Shown in pieces: positions 36,672 through 48,159 of a stretch of 64,000 bases of DNA (positions are counted from its first letter, which is position 1; each line of letters opens with the position of its first letter). Source of the stretch: Nemertoderma westbladi (lineage: Eukaryota; Animalia; Xenacoelomorpha). The translations under genes were made by a program, and so were the position numbers. The DNA is taken from contig JAUCBJ010006985.1 in assembly GCA_032718475.1 (NCBI GenBank), positions 33,445 to 97,444 on the forward strand, written 5' to 3'. Under the pieces are notes generated by a model, which searched no databases, had not been told where the DNA came from, and saw only the letters and a program-made list of their open reading frames with translations.

Positions 36672-38289
36672 TAGGGCTCGATCGGAGCTCCGGCCTCCGG
36701 CTCCGGCCATTTTGGCACCTCCGGCTCCTGCTCCGGCTCCGGTAAAAATATTGCCGGAGTTAATTTTTTAATAAAGTATTATATTTTCGTGCATATTCTA
36801 ATCTGAACAATTATTTAACACTATAAGCAGATAAGTACCGGTACTGTAGTACAGCTTCAATCTCAAGTATAATCTGATAATACTGCAGTATTTACTTAAA
36901 GTCAATGACTGACTGACTGTACTGCTGTACTGCAGTACTGGTACCGGTACTGGCCAGCTGGCTGACTAGCAGACTATTACAGATAGGCCCTACTTTAAAA
37001 AATTGTAAATGCTATGATTGTACACTGTCAGACTGTACCACTGCAGCCATTTACTGCTGTCATGCCAGCATACTGTACTGCAGTACTGGTACACGTACGG
37101 TAGGCTACCTACTAGGGCTCGATCGGAGTTCCGGCTCCGGCTCCGGCTCCGGCCGGAGTTTCTTACATCCGGCTCCGAACCGGAGCGAGTTAGAAAAATC
37201 ACCGGAGCCGGAGTTTTTTTAATAATGTATGTTTTATATTAATGTACATAATATAGGCTAGGCTAGTATAGGCAGATAGGCATATGGCAGCAGTATATTC
37301 CAGTGTACGGATCAATACCAGATACTGCAATAGCCTACTCCAGCTGTCCAGTACCGGTAGTACTGCAGTACTGTCTGACTGTACTACTTTGATACTACTA
37401 TTATTACAGTATTACTTACAGCTATACTACAGTACTGCAGTAAACTGGTAAAGCAGTCAGGCAGTGTAATACTAAATAACTTAGATTTACTGGCAGGCTG
37501 GTAATGGTAGTACTACAGCAGTACAGTAGTACTGTAGTACCGGTACTACTTCCTGACTTCTGTACTCACTGACTTAATCTAATTCCGGAACTGCTGTACT
37601 GGTAGCGGTAGGCCTACCTGACAGCTTGAATACACAGTCTGACAATCCCGCACCTCAAGCTACTGTAGGTACTACCTATACAGCTATATGTACTATAATT
37701 CTGGAAGGGGAATGGACTGAGAATGATGCAAGGAGTTCTGTCCGCGACCAGGATATAAGTACCAACGACGGTGACCCGGTGCCCGGATATGAGTACCGAC
37801 GACGGCGACCCGGATATTAGTACTAACGACGGCGACCCGGTCCGGATATAGGGAAAATACACATAGGGAAAGAAACTCCGGCTCCGGTCAAACTCCGGCA
37901 ATTTTTTTTCCACTCCGGTCCGGCTCCGGCAAAATAAAAACTCCGATTGAGCCCTACTACCTACAGTACACACCTCTACCACAGTTAGACAGTTAGTGAG
38001 TTAGGTACTGTAGGTAATTTTTAGCCGTCAGCGTCAGGCCGTCGCCGTCAGCGTCAGGCCGTCTGTCCGTGATAGATTAATTACTTAAATTTTAAATTGA
38101 AAATTCGTAAATCTATAACTTATGAAATTAATTAGACCTACAGTAGGATTGATTATGAGCGATTGGCGAACGATAACCATACTTTATTTTTTTTTGAAAA
38201 ACTCCGGCTCCTGCTCCGGCTCCGGCCAAATTGTCCAACTCCGGCTCCTGCTCCGGCTCCGGCCAAATCCCAACTCCGATCGAGCCCTA
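36672..38289. mobile_element. hAT MITE family 'TAGGGCTCGATCGGAG', copy A
   Basis: 16-bp TIR with CCGGCT subterminal repeats. TSD CCATCCTG, with the right copy offset by an extra CCTA. Confidence 0.85.
37113..37956. mobile_element. Related hAT MITE, copy B, nested in copy A
   Basis: TAGGGCTCGATCGGAG at the left end and CTCCGATTGAGCCCTA at the right. TSD CTACCTAC (37105-37112, 37957-37964). The empty site is visible in copy D. Confidence 0.9.
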
Positions 38290-38742
38290 CCTACCATCCT
38301 GTCCCATAATAACTTCGTAGCGGCTTTGTGTCGACGGTCGAAAAATGGCCATACAGTAGTGCTTTTTTTCTGACCTTCGTCCTGGAACCCTATGCAGCCG
38401 GGTACTATATAGCTATACACCGGCTTTCATTGCAGTAAAGAAAAGTGTAGGCGCCGTATAACCGCGGTAAAATCAGTTTTCAGATCTAGCTCCTCTACGA
38501 ATTTATTATGCCCTATATTAATTAAATAAAACACGGCAAAGATAGGTGGAATATTCTGATATTCAATTAAAGGGATATTGCGTTAGACTGTTAGAGAAAC
38601 TGTGATAGGCAAAACAGAAGTAGGCCTAAGCAGCTAGGCTTGTACAGTCTGCAGTCTGACAGTTGTAGCTAGAATAATTGCTGAATTGCATCGGATCGGA
38701 TCGGATCGGATCGGACGGCATCTGACATATAATTCTACCTCA

Positions 38743-38836
38743 AGATGAATGAGTAGAGTTGAAACATCATCCACATATCCAAGGAATAGGAAAACTCCAG
38801 CAACACTTCCCAGAGGAACACCACTCACTGTCAACA
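38743..38836 (-). mobile_element. CR1/L2-type RT remnant, piece 2
   Basis: Reads SGVPLGSVAGVFLFLGYVDDVSTLLIHL (RT motif SGVPQGS.LGP.LF..Y.ND) and joins piece 3 across the AGATGAAT TSD. Confidence 0.75.
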
Positions 38837-40167
38837 GGGTAATTCCATCCAAATTCGACAAATCGCGGTGGCATGGGGTCATCGATTTCATTTATTTTTG
38901 GATATATGGTCGGAAATGGTATAAAATGACACCTGATGAAATATTTCTGATGATGGTGTATTTATTGGCTTTCAAGATATTGCAGTTCAAAGTTTGCGAT
39001 TTATTCGAACATATCCCCAATCTGCCAATGAAATCTACAGAAAATCTTTCTGACTAGTGGGTGGAGTGTCATTTTATATTTATTGTACACATAAATAGGT
39101 CTCATACACATTAAAACCATGAATAAATACCACCCACTTGTCAGACCAACTTTTCTATGTGGCCAAAGTTTGGACTTTTCGACAAATTTTGTCTTTTTGA
39201 GGCTTGGGTGGTCTGATTAGTGGGTAGCCCAAAACATGTAGTACCGGTAAATAGTTAGATATACCCAGGCCAAGGGTGGTTCGGTGGTACAATTTTCATG
39301 TACCACCAGCAACAGAGCAAGACAGACTTCCATATCATCATCTGGAAAATTGAAACTTTCCAAAATTGCCATACTTCGGAACATCACTGCAAGCGTCTAA
39401 TAAAAGATGGGTGCTTGAAATGAATCATGAGTAGTAACATGGATAAGGGAAACATGCATGACAAGTTTCGGATCCCACCCATCTGCCCATGCCTTCTTCA
39501 GTATATATTATTCAATTTAAAAGTTCAATTTTCAAAATTAATCGTCAGATTAAATACTTTAGAACCAAGGTCTGCCTACGAGGTTGCTCTCATAACCAGC
39601 ACACATTAAGTATTTAAATGTTTTTTAGACACAATAAAGGCTGTTTTTTGTACCACCCACTTCGTCAGATATTTTATGTGTAACAAACAAAGGTAAATAA
39701 TTTTAACATATTATTGACCAATTTCAATACCCAATGAGTTATATACACCTGATACTATTAATTATTATATCATAATAGAAAGAAAACCTGTTTGAAATTC
39801 ATCTATATAATTCCCCAATTAGGGAGTGGCAGCAGGGAGTGGAACGTAATACAGTATGTTCATTATGATGAGGCAAGTCAGTGATAATTAATATAGTTAT
39901 TGTGGTAGAAAAGATACTAGATCAATTATTGAGCATAGCAGTATTGTAGATCATGCAATTCCTTCGGTCCTACGAATTACCCCAAAATACCCCAAAACAC
40001 CCCAAAAGACCCCAAAATAGTATAAAACTACCCCAAAATACCCCAAAATAGTTCATAATTACCCCAAAATACCCCAAAATAGTTTAGAATTACCCCAAAA
40101 TACTTTTTTTTGAGCCTTTGTTTTGGAAATTTAATTTACCCCAAAATATGGCAAAATGACGAATTAC

Positions 40168-41417
40168 TAGGGCTCGATCGGAGTTGGGATTTAGCCGGAG
40201 CCGGAGCAGGAGCCGGAGTTGGACAATTTGGCCGGAGCCGGAGCAGGAGCCGGAGTTTTTCAAAAATTTTAAAAATTTAATTATTTATAAAAAAAAAATA
40301 AAGTATGGTTATCGTTCGCCAATCGCTCATAATCAATCATACCGGTACTGTAGGTCTAATTACAGAATTAATTTCATAATTTATAGATTTACGAATTTTC
40401 AATTTAAAATTTAAGTAATTAATTTATCACGGACAGACGGCCTGACGCTGACGGCTAAAAATTACCTACAGTACCGTACCTAACTCACTACCTAACTGTA
40501 TAGCCGTACAGCCGTAAGTGTACAAGAACTGCAGTACAGTATGGGGCCGTCCAAGTATGACGTCTGCACTTTTCCCCAAAATGTTGACCCCCTCCCTCCC
40601 CTAAATCAGATGTCATCAGATAGGCGTTGACCCCCCCCCCCCCCCCCCCCCCTAAATCAGATTAAAAAAAAATTTGTAATAAACTTAATAGTTTATTACA
40701 AAAAATTTTTTATTTTATTTTTTTTTATTATGAAGATGTTTCATTTTCAGGCGAACCCCAGTACCGCAGTACCCCAGTCTGCCAGTAGCACGCGTCCTAA
40801 TCACTGAAACATGGTGACTGGTAACTGAAACAGAAGGTTGTGCTAGGATCCTTCGGGGGCTTCGAACAATTAAAATAGCAAGCTATTTACTCTTCTGCTA
40901 TATCTCTTCTAGCACCTATAAATGAACATGCTGACGTCAGATTTTGGCTGACCCCCTCCCCTCCCCTCCTCATCAGCACGTCATCAGATTTTCCCAACCC
41001 CCCCCCCCCCCCCCTAAATTACTGACGTCATACTTGGACGGCCCCTATGCTGGCATGGCATCAGTAAATGGCTGCAGTGGTACGTACAGTGTACAATCAT
41101 AGCATTTACAATTTTTTACAGTAGGGCCTACCAGTAATAGTCTGCTAGTCAGCCAGCTGGCCAGTACCAGTAGGCCTACTGCAGTACAGTCAGTCAGTAA
41201 TTGACTTTTAAGTAAATACTGCAGTATTATGCTTGATATTGAAGCTGTACTGCAGTACTTATAGTGTAAATAATTGTTCAGATTAGAATATGCACGAAAT
41301 ATAATACTTTATTAAAAAATTAACTCCGGCAATATTTTTACCGGAGCCGGAGCAGGAGCCGGAGGTGCCAAAATGGCCGGAGCCGGAGCCGGAGGCCGGA
41401 GCTCCGATCGAGCCCTA
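40168..41417. mobile_element. hAT MITE copy C
   Basis: TAGGGCTCGATCGGAG TIRs. TSD CGAATTAC (40160-40167, 41418-41425). Confidence 0.92.
40543..41045. mobile_element. MITE with 3-bp TSD (PIF/Harbinger- or Zator-like) nested in copy C
   Basis: Perfect 22-bp TIR GGGGCCGTCCAAGTATGACGTC with TSD TAT. Absent from copies A and D. Confidence 0.85.
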
Positions 41418-42438
41418 CGAATTACCCCAAAATAATGACGAATTACCCCAAAATAATTAAAAAATTTTTCTTCACTCTCGTTTATTGTTTTGGTTAAAAA
41501 AACTTGCCACTGTAACCTGCTCCTTTCCCTCGCTGTTAAAAAACATTGTTAGCTTATTTTGGGGTATTTTGGGGTAATTTTTTAGCCTTTTAGGGGTATT
41601 TTGGGGTAATTTTTGACTATTTTGGGGTATTTTGGAGTATTTTGGGGTGTTTTGGGGTATTTTGGGGTAATTCGTAGGACCCTAATTCCTTTATGAACAA
41701 TGATCGCAGACAAATTCTGCATCGTAATCGACATTAACTGGCAGGCAGCTGGTGCATGACCAATATTTATCGCACACTACCCAAATCTTCTGATTTTTTT
41801 TTGTATCACTGGCCCAATGTTTTTAACACTTGTAGCAGATATTCTCATCCTCATCTGTCTCATCAGTAGGAACATCAACACAAGGGACAACAGCAACCTT
41901 GCGTTGAACTGCCTTTACTTTCTTCGCGGTAGAAGATGATAAAGTACGGCATTCCAGCTTCCCATCAGCAGTAATATCATATATATGGTATGACCGCGTC
42001 CTTGCCACACGTGACACCACTTCTTGAAACTGGAGGCAGGGACGCGGTCATACCATAGATATGATATTACTGCTGATGGGAAGCTGGAATGGGGTACTTT
42101 ATCATCTTCTACAACTAAGAAAGTAAAGGCAGTTCAACACATGGTTGTTGTTGTCCTTGTGTTGCTGTTCCTTCTTATCAGACAGACTGACAGATGAGGA
42201 TGAGAATATCTGCTACAAGTGTTAAAAACTTTGGGCGGGTGATACAAAAAAAATCAGAAGATTTGGGTGGTGTGCGATAAATATTGGTCATGCACCAGCT
42301 GCCTGCCAGTTAATTTGGATTACGATGCAGAATTTATCTGAGATCACTGTTCATAAAGGAATTGCATGATCTACAATACTGCTATAGGCCTACTCAATAA
42401 TTGATCTATTATCTTTTCTACCATAATAACTATATTAA

Positions 42439-43521
42439 CCCTGCCCCGGTATGGTAAAAAATTATCCTTCACCAGTAACGTGGGATATTTTTATACCCCA
42501 AATTGATAAGACATTTTAAGTAACATTAAACAGAAAAACACTTGCAATCCCACTCCCAGAATTTGCCAAATGGTGAAAAAATAAGTTGTGAATTTGTTTT
42601 TTCAATTTGGTTGAAGCTGTGAAGTCTACCCAACGCTCAATGCCACAAAAGTTATCCCACTACAATCGCGATCACCGTTAACGTCGCGATGGGGCGTTTT
42701 GCAACAAGATACTATCATAGTGAAGCATTAGCTGTGAGAGTGTTTCTCATTTTAGGTTTTTAGTGGTGTTATGGGTCAAATATACCATTGCAGTTCCAAG
42801 AAGCATAAAATGAGTCAAATACCACCACTGAAAGGCAACAAGGTGAAATATATATATATACAGATAGGCCCTATATCACCTCGCAATAGGAGAAGATCTT
42901 GAATTGTAATATGAAATTTACACCATGACTGCAAAAGTACTGATAATTTGGTTATAAAATGTGATTATTGTCCAACTAAATTATACATTAATTGCAGTTA
43001 CAATGAACCCAAAAGGACAGAACACCACTAAGAAAGCCTACAATACTGCAAAAAGAATTATTCACATATACTTAGCAATCTATCACGATTAGGCCGAAGT
43101 CTTGGCTTGTGAAATACAGGCCATACACAATACCAGAATACAGTAGCTTCATAATACTGATAATTTGTTCTTAAAAGTCAAAGTTAAAACATGCCTCTAG
43201 CAGTCTAGCAGTCTAGTACAACTAAATCGACCATTGTGGTTCCAATAACACCAAAATGAGTCACAAAGTACCACTAAACCAGCACCATAACGTTATGGGG
43301 TATTTTTATACCCCATCTTACCCAACTAAGTTGTTTTCAAATTAAAGGCCCATAACATTTTTCATAAACAAAATTTTATGGGTTTGACCCACACAATCGT
43401 TAGATTACAAGTTTTTTGGAAGATACTATGAAGCTGGACATACATAATATAAGAGATTGTCGAAAAATATCAAAATTAATCCCCTTGGGGTATTATTTTA
43501 CCCCACGTTACCGGGGGAGGG
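42439..43521. mobile_element. piggyBac-type MITE
   Basis: TTAA TSD (42435-42438, 43522-43525). TIR CCCTGCCCCGGTA / TACCGGGGGAGGG. Subterminal GGGGTATTTTTATACCCCA-like palindromes. Confidence 0.9.
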
Positions 43522-43532
43522 TTAATTATCAC

Positions 43533-45745
43533 TAGGGTTCAACAGAAGGCACTTTACGGGGCCGAACCGAACCGAACCGAAGCAGGGCCAACTTCGGGCC
43601 GAACCGAACCGAATCCGAACCGAAGTTCAGAAAGTTAGCAAGTTATGGTCATAAATTCGTATTTACGTCACTATACTGGCTGACTGGCAGTGGCAGACTG
43701 GTACCCTACCTATTTGGTCTGCGGACTTAGCGAGAAAGCTATGATTAATTAAAAAACGGACTTAGCGAGAAAGCTATGATTAATTAAAAAAATAAATACT
43801 ACAAAATAAAATGGCAATATTTACATTACTGTACATTACTAACCTAAACTACTGTATACTTACTGTATGCATGCACTTACTGTATGCACCACATTTTCAC
43901 CCGTAGTAAGCCGTACAGTACAGTAGTGACGTCAAATTTAGAAAACCTCACTAAAAGTACAGGTAGTCTTTGTAATACTATTTATATGAGGTAGTAGGTA
44001 TATTTGGTATTATGTATCAAAGTTATGATTAATTAAAAAATAGGGTACTACAAAGTAAAATGGCAATATTTAGCCTAACCTAAACTACTGTATAATTAAG
44101 CTAATTTTGAAACTACCCAAGTAACCTGGAAACAATTAAAAAAATAATGCCATTTAAATGGAAGTTCAGTCCAAAATTAAGGGTGTAAACGTTAAGCAGA
44201 CAGTGGTGCAGACTGCAGACACCTGGCAGCCTGGTGCGGCCAGTGGTGCAGCGTGCAGACAGTGGTGCTAGTGTAGACATTAGTGCAGACAGTGGTGCAG
44301 ACACTGGTGCAGACAGTGGTGCAGACACTGGTGCAGACAGTGGTGCAGACACTGGTGCAGACAGTGGTGCAGACACTGGTGCAGACAGTGGTGCAGACAC
44401 TGGTGCAGACAGTGGTGCAGGCAGACAGTGTGCAGACACTGGTGCAGACAGTGGTGCAGACACCTGGTGAAAATACTGAAATACCAGAGTACCACGAAAC
44501 ACAATACCACCAGGGCACCAGGCACTATTATATTATATTTTATCATAGACTTTATTATCTACAAATATGCGAGTAACTACTGAAAGGTTCTACATGAAGT
44601 AGGGAGGACGTATGTAGTACAAGTCGGGGTGCGTGCGGGTGAATGTGCCCTGATTACAAATAATTATAAGAGGTGTGTACGAAAGTAATTAATCGGTATT
44701 CTCGTTTTCATATAAACAATAATGTCTATAAATTGTAAGCAGCAATGTCTCCAAGGAATGAGGTTTAAGCGACAGTGTTTGATTGTTTATACATGACCTC
44801 ACTTTATACAGAGTATGTTTAATTTGTTTACCTTTACTGGAGCCACTGCTTATTACTGTATAATAAAACGAGCTCATTAAGTTATTGTCTCATGCTGGGG
44901 ATATACATTCACTAACTACAGTAAGGTCTCAGTAATTCTTAGCCCGCGAGTATTCTTAGCCTGCGAGTATTCTTGGCCCTTGGGTATTCTTAGCCCGCAA
45001 AACAATAACGTTTATTGTTTTGGTTCCCCCAATACTCCTCTGAAACCTGCTCCTTTACTAACCTGCTCGCCCCTTTACTGTCTGCACCAGTGTCTGCACC
45101 AGTGTCTGTACCACTGTCTGCACCAGTGTCTGCACCACTGTCTCTGCACCAGTGTCTGCACCACTGTCTGCACCAGTGTCTGCACCACTGTTTGCACCAG
45201 GTGTCTGCACCACTGTCTGCACCAGTGTCTGCACCACTGTCTAGCACCAGCCAGTGTCTGTCACCACGTGTCTGCACCACTGTCTGCACCAGGTGTCTGC
45301 ACCACTGTCTGCACCAGAGTCTGCACCACTGTCTGCACCACTGTCTGCACCACTGTCTACACCACTGTCTGCACCAATGTCTGCACCACTGTCTGCACCA
45401 ATGTCTGCACCACTGTGTGGGTCTGCACCACTGTCAGCACCAGTGTGTGCACCACTGTCTGCACCCGGTGTCTGCACCACTGTCTGCACCATTGTCTGCA
45501 CCACTGTCTGCTCTGCACCAGTGTCTGCTTAACGTTTACATTCTAAAATTGATCAGTACAACGATGGACAGATTGATTAGTCTTACTGTCTTCTGGTCTT
45601 AGCTCAATCAGTCAATGTAATACTTGGAATATTTAGCAAAGTTTGCTCCGGGCTTCTGCAGTATCAATTGCAGAAGCCGAACCGAACCGAAATTGCCAAA
45701 CTTCGGCCCGAACCGAACCGAAGCCGAAGCTTCTGTTGAGCCCTA
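43533..45745. mobile_element. hAT non-autonomous element with (CCGAA)n subterminal repeats
   Basis: TIR TAGGGTTCAACAGAAG / CTTCTGTTGAGCCCTA. TSD ATTATCAC (43525-43532, 45746-45753). Confidence 0.9.
44184..45540. repeat. Inverted pair of 12-bp minisatellite arrays (CACTGTCTGCAC/CAGTGTCTGCAC), probably arms of a further nested foldback element
   Basis: Arrays at ~44196-44468 and ~45077-45527 are in opposite orientation, and both end outward in TGTAAACGTTAAGCAGACA. Confidence 0.8.
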
Positions 45746-45912
45746 ATTATCACTGACTTGCCTAATCATAATGAACATACTATACTGTATTACATTCCAT
45801 TCACTGCTGCCATTGGCCGGGATTAGGGAATTATATAGATGAATTTCAAACAGCTTTTCTTTCTATTAGGGCCTATAATATAATAATTAATAGTATCAGA
45901 AGGTATATAACT

Positions 45913-46579
45913 TAGGGCTCGATCGGAGTTGGGATTTGGCCGGAGCCGGAGCAGGAGCCGGAGTTGGCCAATTTGGCCGGAGCCGGAGCAGGAGCCGGAG
46001 TTTTTCAAAAATTTTAAAAATTTAATTATTTATTTAAAAAAAAAGTAATTAATTTATCACGGACAGACGGCCTGACGCTGACGGCTAAAAATTACCTACA
46101 GTACCTAACTCACTAACTGTCTAACTGTGGTAGAGGTGTGTACTGTAGGTAGCCTACCGCTGTACCGTACGTGTACCAGTACTCCAGTACATTATGCTGG
46201 CATGACAGTCAGTAAACAGTAAATGGCTGCAGTGGTACAGTGTACAATCATAGCATTTACAACAATTTTTTACAGTAGGGCCTATCTGTAACAGTCTGCT
46301 ACTGTGCTAGTCAGCCAGCTGGCCAGTACCAGTACTGCAGTACAGTCAGTTCAGTCATTAACTAAGTAAATACTGCAGTATTATGCTTGATATTGAAGCT
46401 GTACTACAGTCTGACAGTACTTATAGTGTAAATAATTGTTCAGATTAGAATATGCACGAAATATAATACTTTATTAAAAAATTAACTCCGGCAATATTTT
46501 TACCGGAGCCGGAGCAGGAGCCGGAGGTGCCAAAATGGCCGGAGCCGGAGCCGGAGGCCGGAGCTCCGATCGAGCCCTA
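45913..46579. mobile_element. hAT MITE copy D (uninterrupted)
   Basis: TAGGGCTCGATCGGAG TIRs. TSD ATATAACT (45905-45912, 46580-46587). Confidence 0.92.
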
Positions 46580-47458
46580 ATATAACTCATTGGGTATTGA
46601 AATTAGTCAATAATATGTTAAAATTATTTACCTTTGTTTGTTACACATAAAATATCTGACAAGTGGGTGGTGATAAAAAACAGCCTTTATTGTGTCTAAA
46701 ACATTTAAATACTTAATGTGTGCTGATTATGAGAGCAACCTCGTAAGCAGACCTTGGTTTTAAAGTATTTAATCTGATGATTAATTTTGAAAATTGAACT
46801 TTTAAATTGAATAATATATACTGAAGAAGGCATGGGTGGGAACGAAACTTGTCATGCATGTTTCCCTTATCCATGTTACTACTCATGATTCATTTAAGCA
46901 CCCATCTTTTATCAGACGCTTGCAGTGACGTTCCGAAGAATGGCAATTTTGGAAAGTTTCAATCTTCCAGATGATGGTATGGAAGTCTGACTTGCTGGTG
47001 GTACATGAAAATTGTACCACAGACAGACAGAACCCCCCTTTGGTATATCTAACTATTTACTAAATGTTTTGGGCTACCCACTAATCAAACCACTCTAACT
47101 CAAGCCTCAAAAAGACAAAATTTGTCGAAAAGTCCAATCTTTGGCCATATAGAAAAGTTGGTCTGACAAGCTGACAAGTGGGTGGTATTTATTCATGGTT
47201 TTAATGTATATGAGACCTATTGATGTGTACAATAAATATAAAATGACACTCCACCCACTAGTCAGAAAGATTTACTGTAGGTTTCATTGTGGATATGTTC
47301 GAATAAATCGCAAACTTTGAACTGCATGATGGCGGTACACCATCATCAGAAATATTTCATCAGGTGTCATTTTATACCATTTCCGACCATATATCTAAAA
47401 ATAAACGAAATCGATGACCCCATGCCACCGCGATTTGTCAATTTGGATGGAATTACCC

Positions 47459-47525
47459 AACAGGTAGCCACGGTGATGCTTTCCCACTGATGATGACGCA
47501 TTGGTATGTGCGCCCGTCTACACGA
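47459..47525 (-). mobile_element. CR1/L2-type RT remnant, piece 1
   Basis: The minus strand reads DGRTYQCVIISGKASPWLPV, the segment that normally precedes SGVPQG. It joins piece 2 across the AACA TSD. Confidence 0.65.
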
Positions 47526-48159
47526 TTTGAAGTGATTTGAAGATTGTACTATTTTTGCACTCTTTTGTACTATTTTTACACTTTCTGACTTTATTGTACT
47601 CTTTTGTACTTTATTGTACTATTTTGTACTTTTTTGTACAGATTCGTCGGAGCCGGATCCAATGTAACATAATTGAGGTTACGTTCGATTCGTAAATAAA
47701 AACTATGTTACATTCGTCCTAGACGGGATCGTTTACGAGGAGATACTGAGATAACACATTACGCATTAAACAGAGGTAGGCCCTATACTTAAAAGTCGGC
47801 CCATAAGATTTTGAGTCAGGCAGTCGACTGCCAGGCCTGTCTTTTAGTAGGCCTTGCTGACAACCTAGGCCTATGCTATGTCAGCATGTTGGTTGACTTA
47901 CAGACTTATGTCTGGTATGTATGTATGTATGTACTGAACTGCAAACTGATGTATGTACTGCTGTACTGTAGCACTGTAGGCCTATGTCCATATGTCTGTA
48001 TGTGGTACCTCTACTGCTGTACTGGCTCTGGTTGATTGGCAGCCTATGCAGCTATGTCAGGTACGTCACTATACAGGTATATGTTTGTTATGTTGGGTTC
48101 CCCGGATTTAGATCCTAGAGCACCTTAGATCCTGAACGAACTTAAGATCTTGCGTAATG

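Larger units (their letters stand above)
32628..38742. mobile_element. 6.1-kb non-autonomous hAT-type element carrying a DDX1 fragment (Pack-TIR-like)
   Basis: Starts with TAGGG. 8-bp TSD AGATGAAT at 32620-32627 and 38743-38750. Inverted arms of ~135 bp contain (CCGAT)n (32628-32770 vs ~38607-38742; the right tip is degenerate). The left ~270 bp is tandemly duplicated (second TAGGG at 32899). Confidence 0.75.
39965..41682. mobile_element. Mutator-like MITE with (TACCCCAAAA)n arms, in the left foldback arm
   Basis: TIR (C/G)GGTCCTACGAATTACCCCAAAA. TSD CAATTCCTT / TAATTCCTT (9 bp, 1 mismatch). The empty site is present in the mirror arm at ~42351-42370. Confidence 0.8.
38837..47458. mobile_element. 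8.6-kb foldback element (Sola-like) with ~1.45-kb inverted arms interrupted by nested insertions
   Basis: Ends GGGTAATTCCATCCAAAT / ATTTGGATGGAATTACCC with 4-bp TSD AACA (38833-38836, 47459-47462). The arms mirror each other up to a ~28-bp spacer at ~42007-42034. The superfamily is inferred from GRG ends, the 4-bp TSD and a GTRSYH transposase-like remnant. Confidence 0.75.

Noticed and set aside
38350-38460. VVLFF*PSSWNP resembling the SNF2 helicase D..WNP motif
   Set aside because: Too short, contains stops, and the expected downstream QA..R..R.GQ motif is not convincingly present.
6087-41013. Numerous long poly-G/poly-C tracts as a separate system
   Set aside because: Most lie in subterminal regions of MITEs, and homopolymer lengths are unreliable in assemblies.
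44113-45602. Many overlapping ORFs (SAPLSAPV, CLHHCLHQ, CTTV)
   Set aside because: They are translations of 12-bp minisatellite arrays that are open in most frames.
36672-46579. Reading TAGGG...CCCTA elements as TA-TSD Tc1/mariner MITEs
   Set aside because: 8-bp duplications lie outside the TA in copies B, C, D and the 43533 element, so TA is part of a hAT-type TIR.
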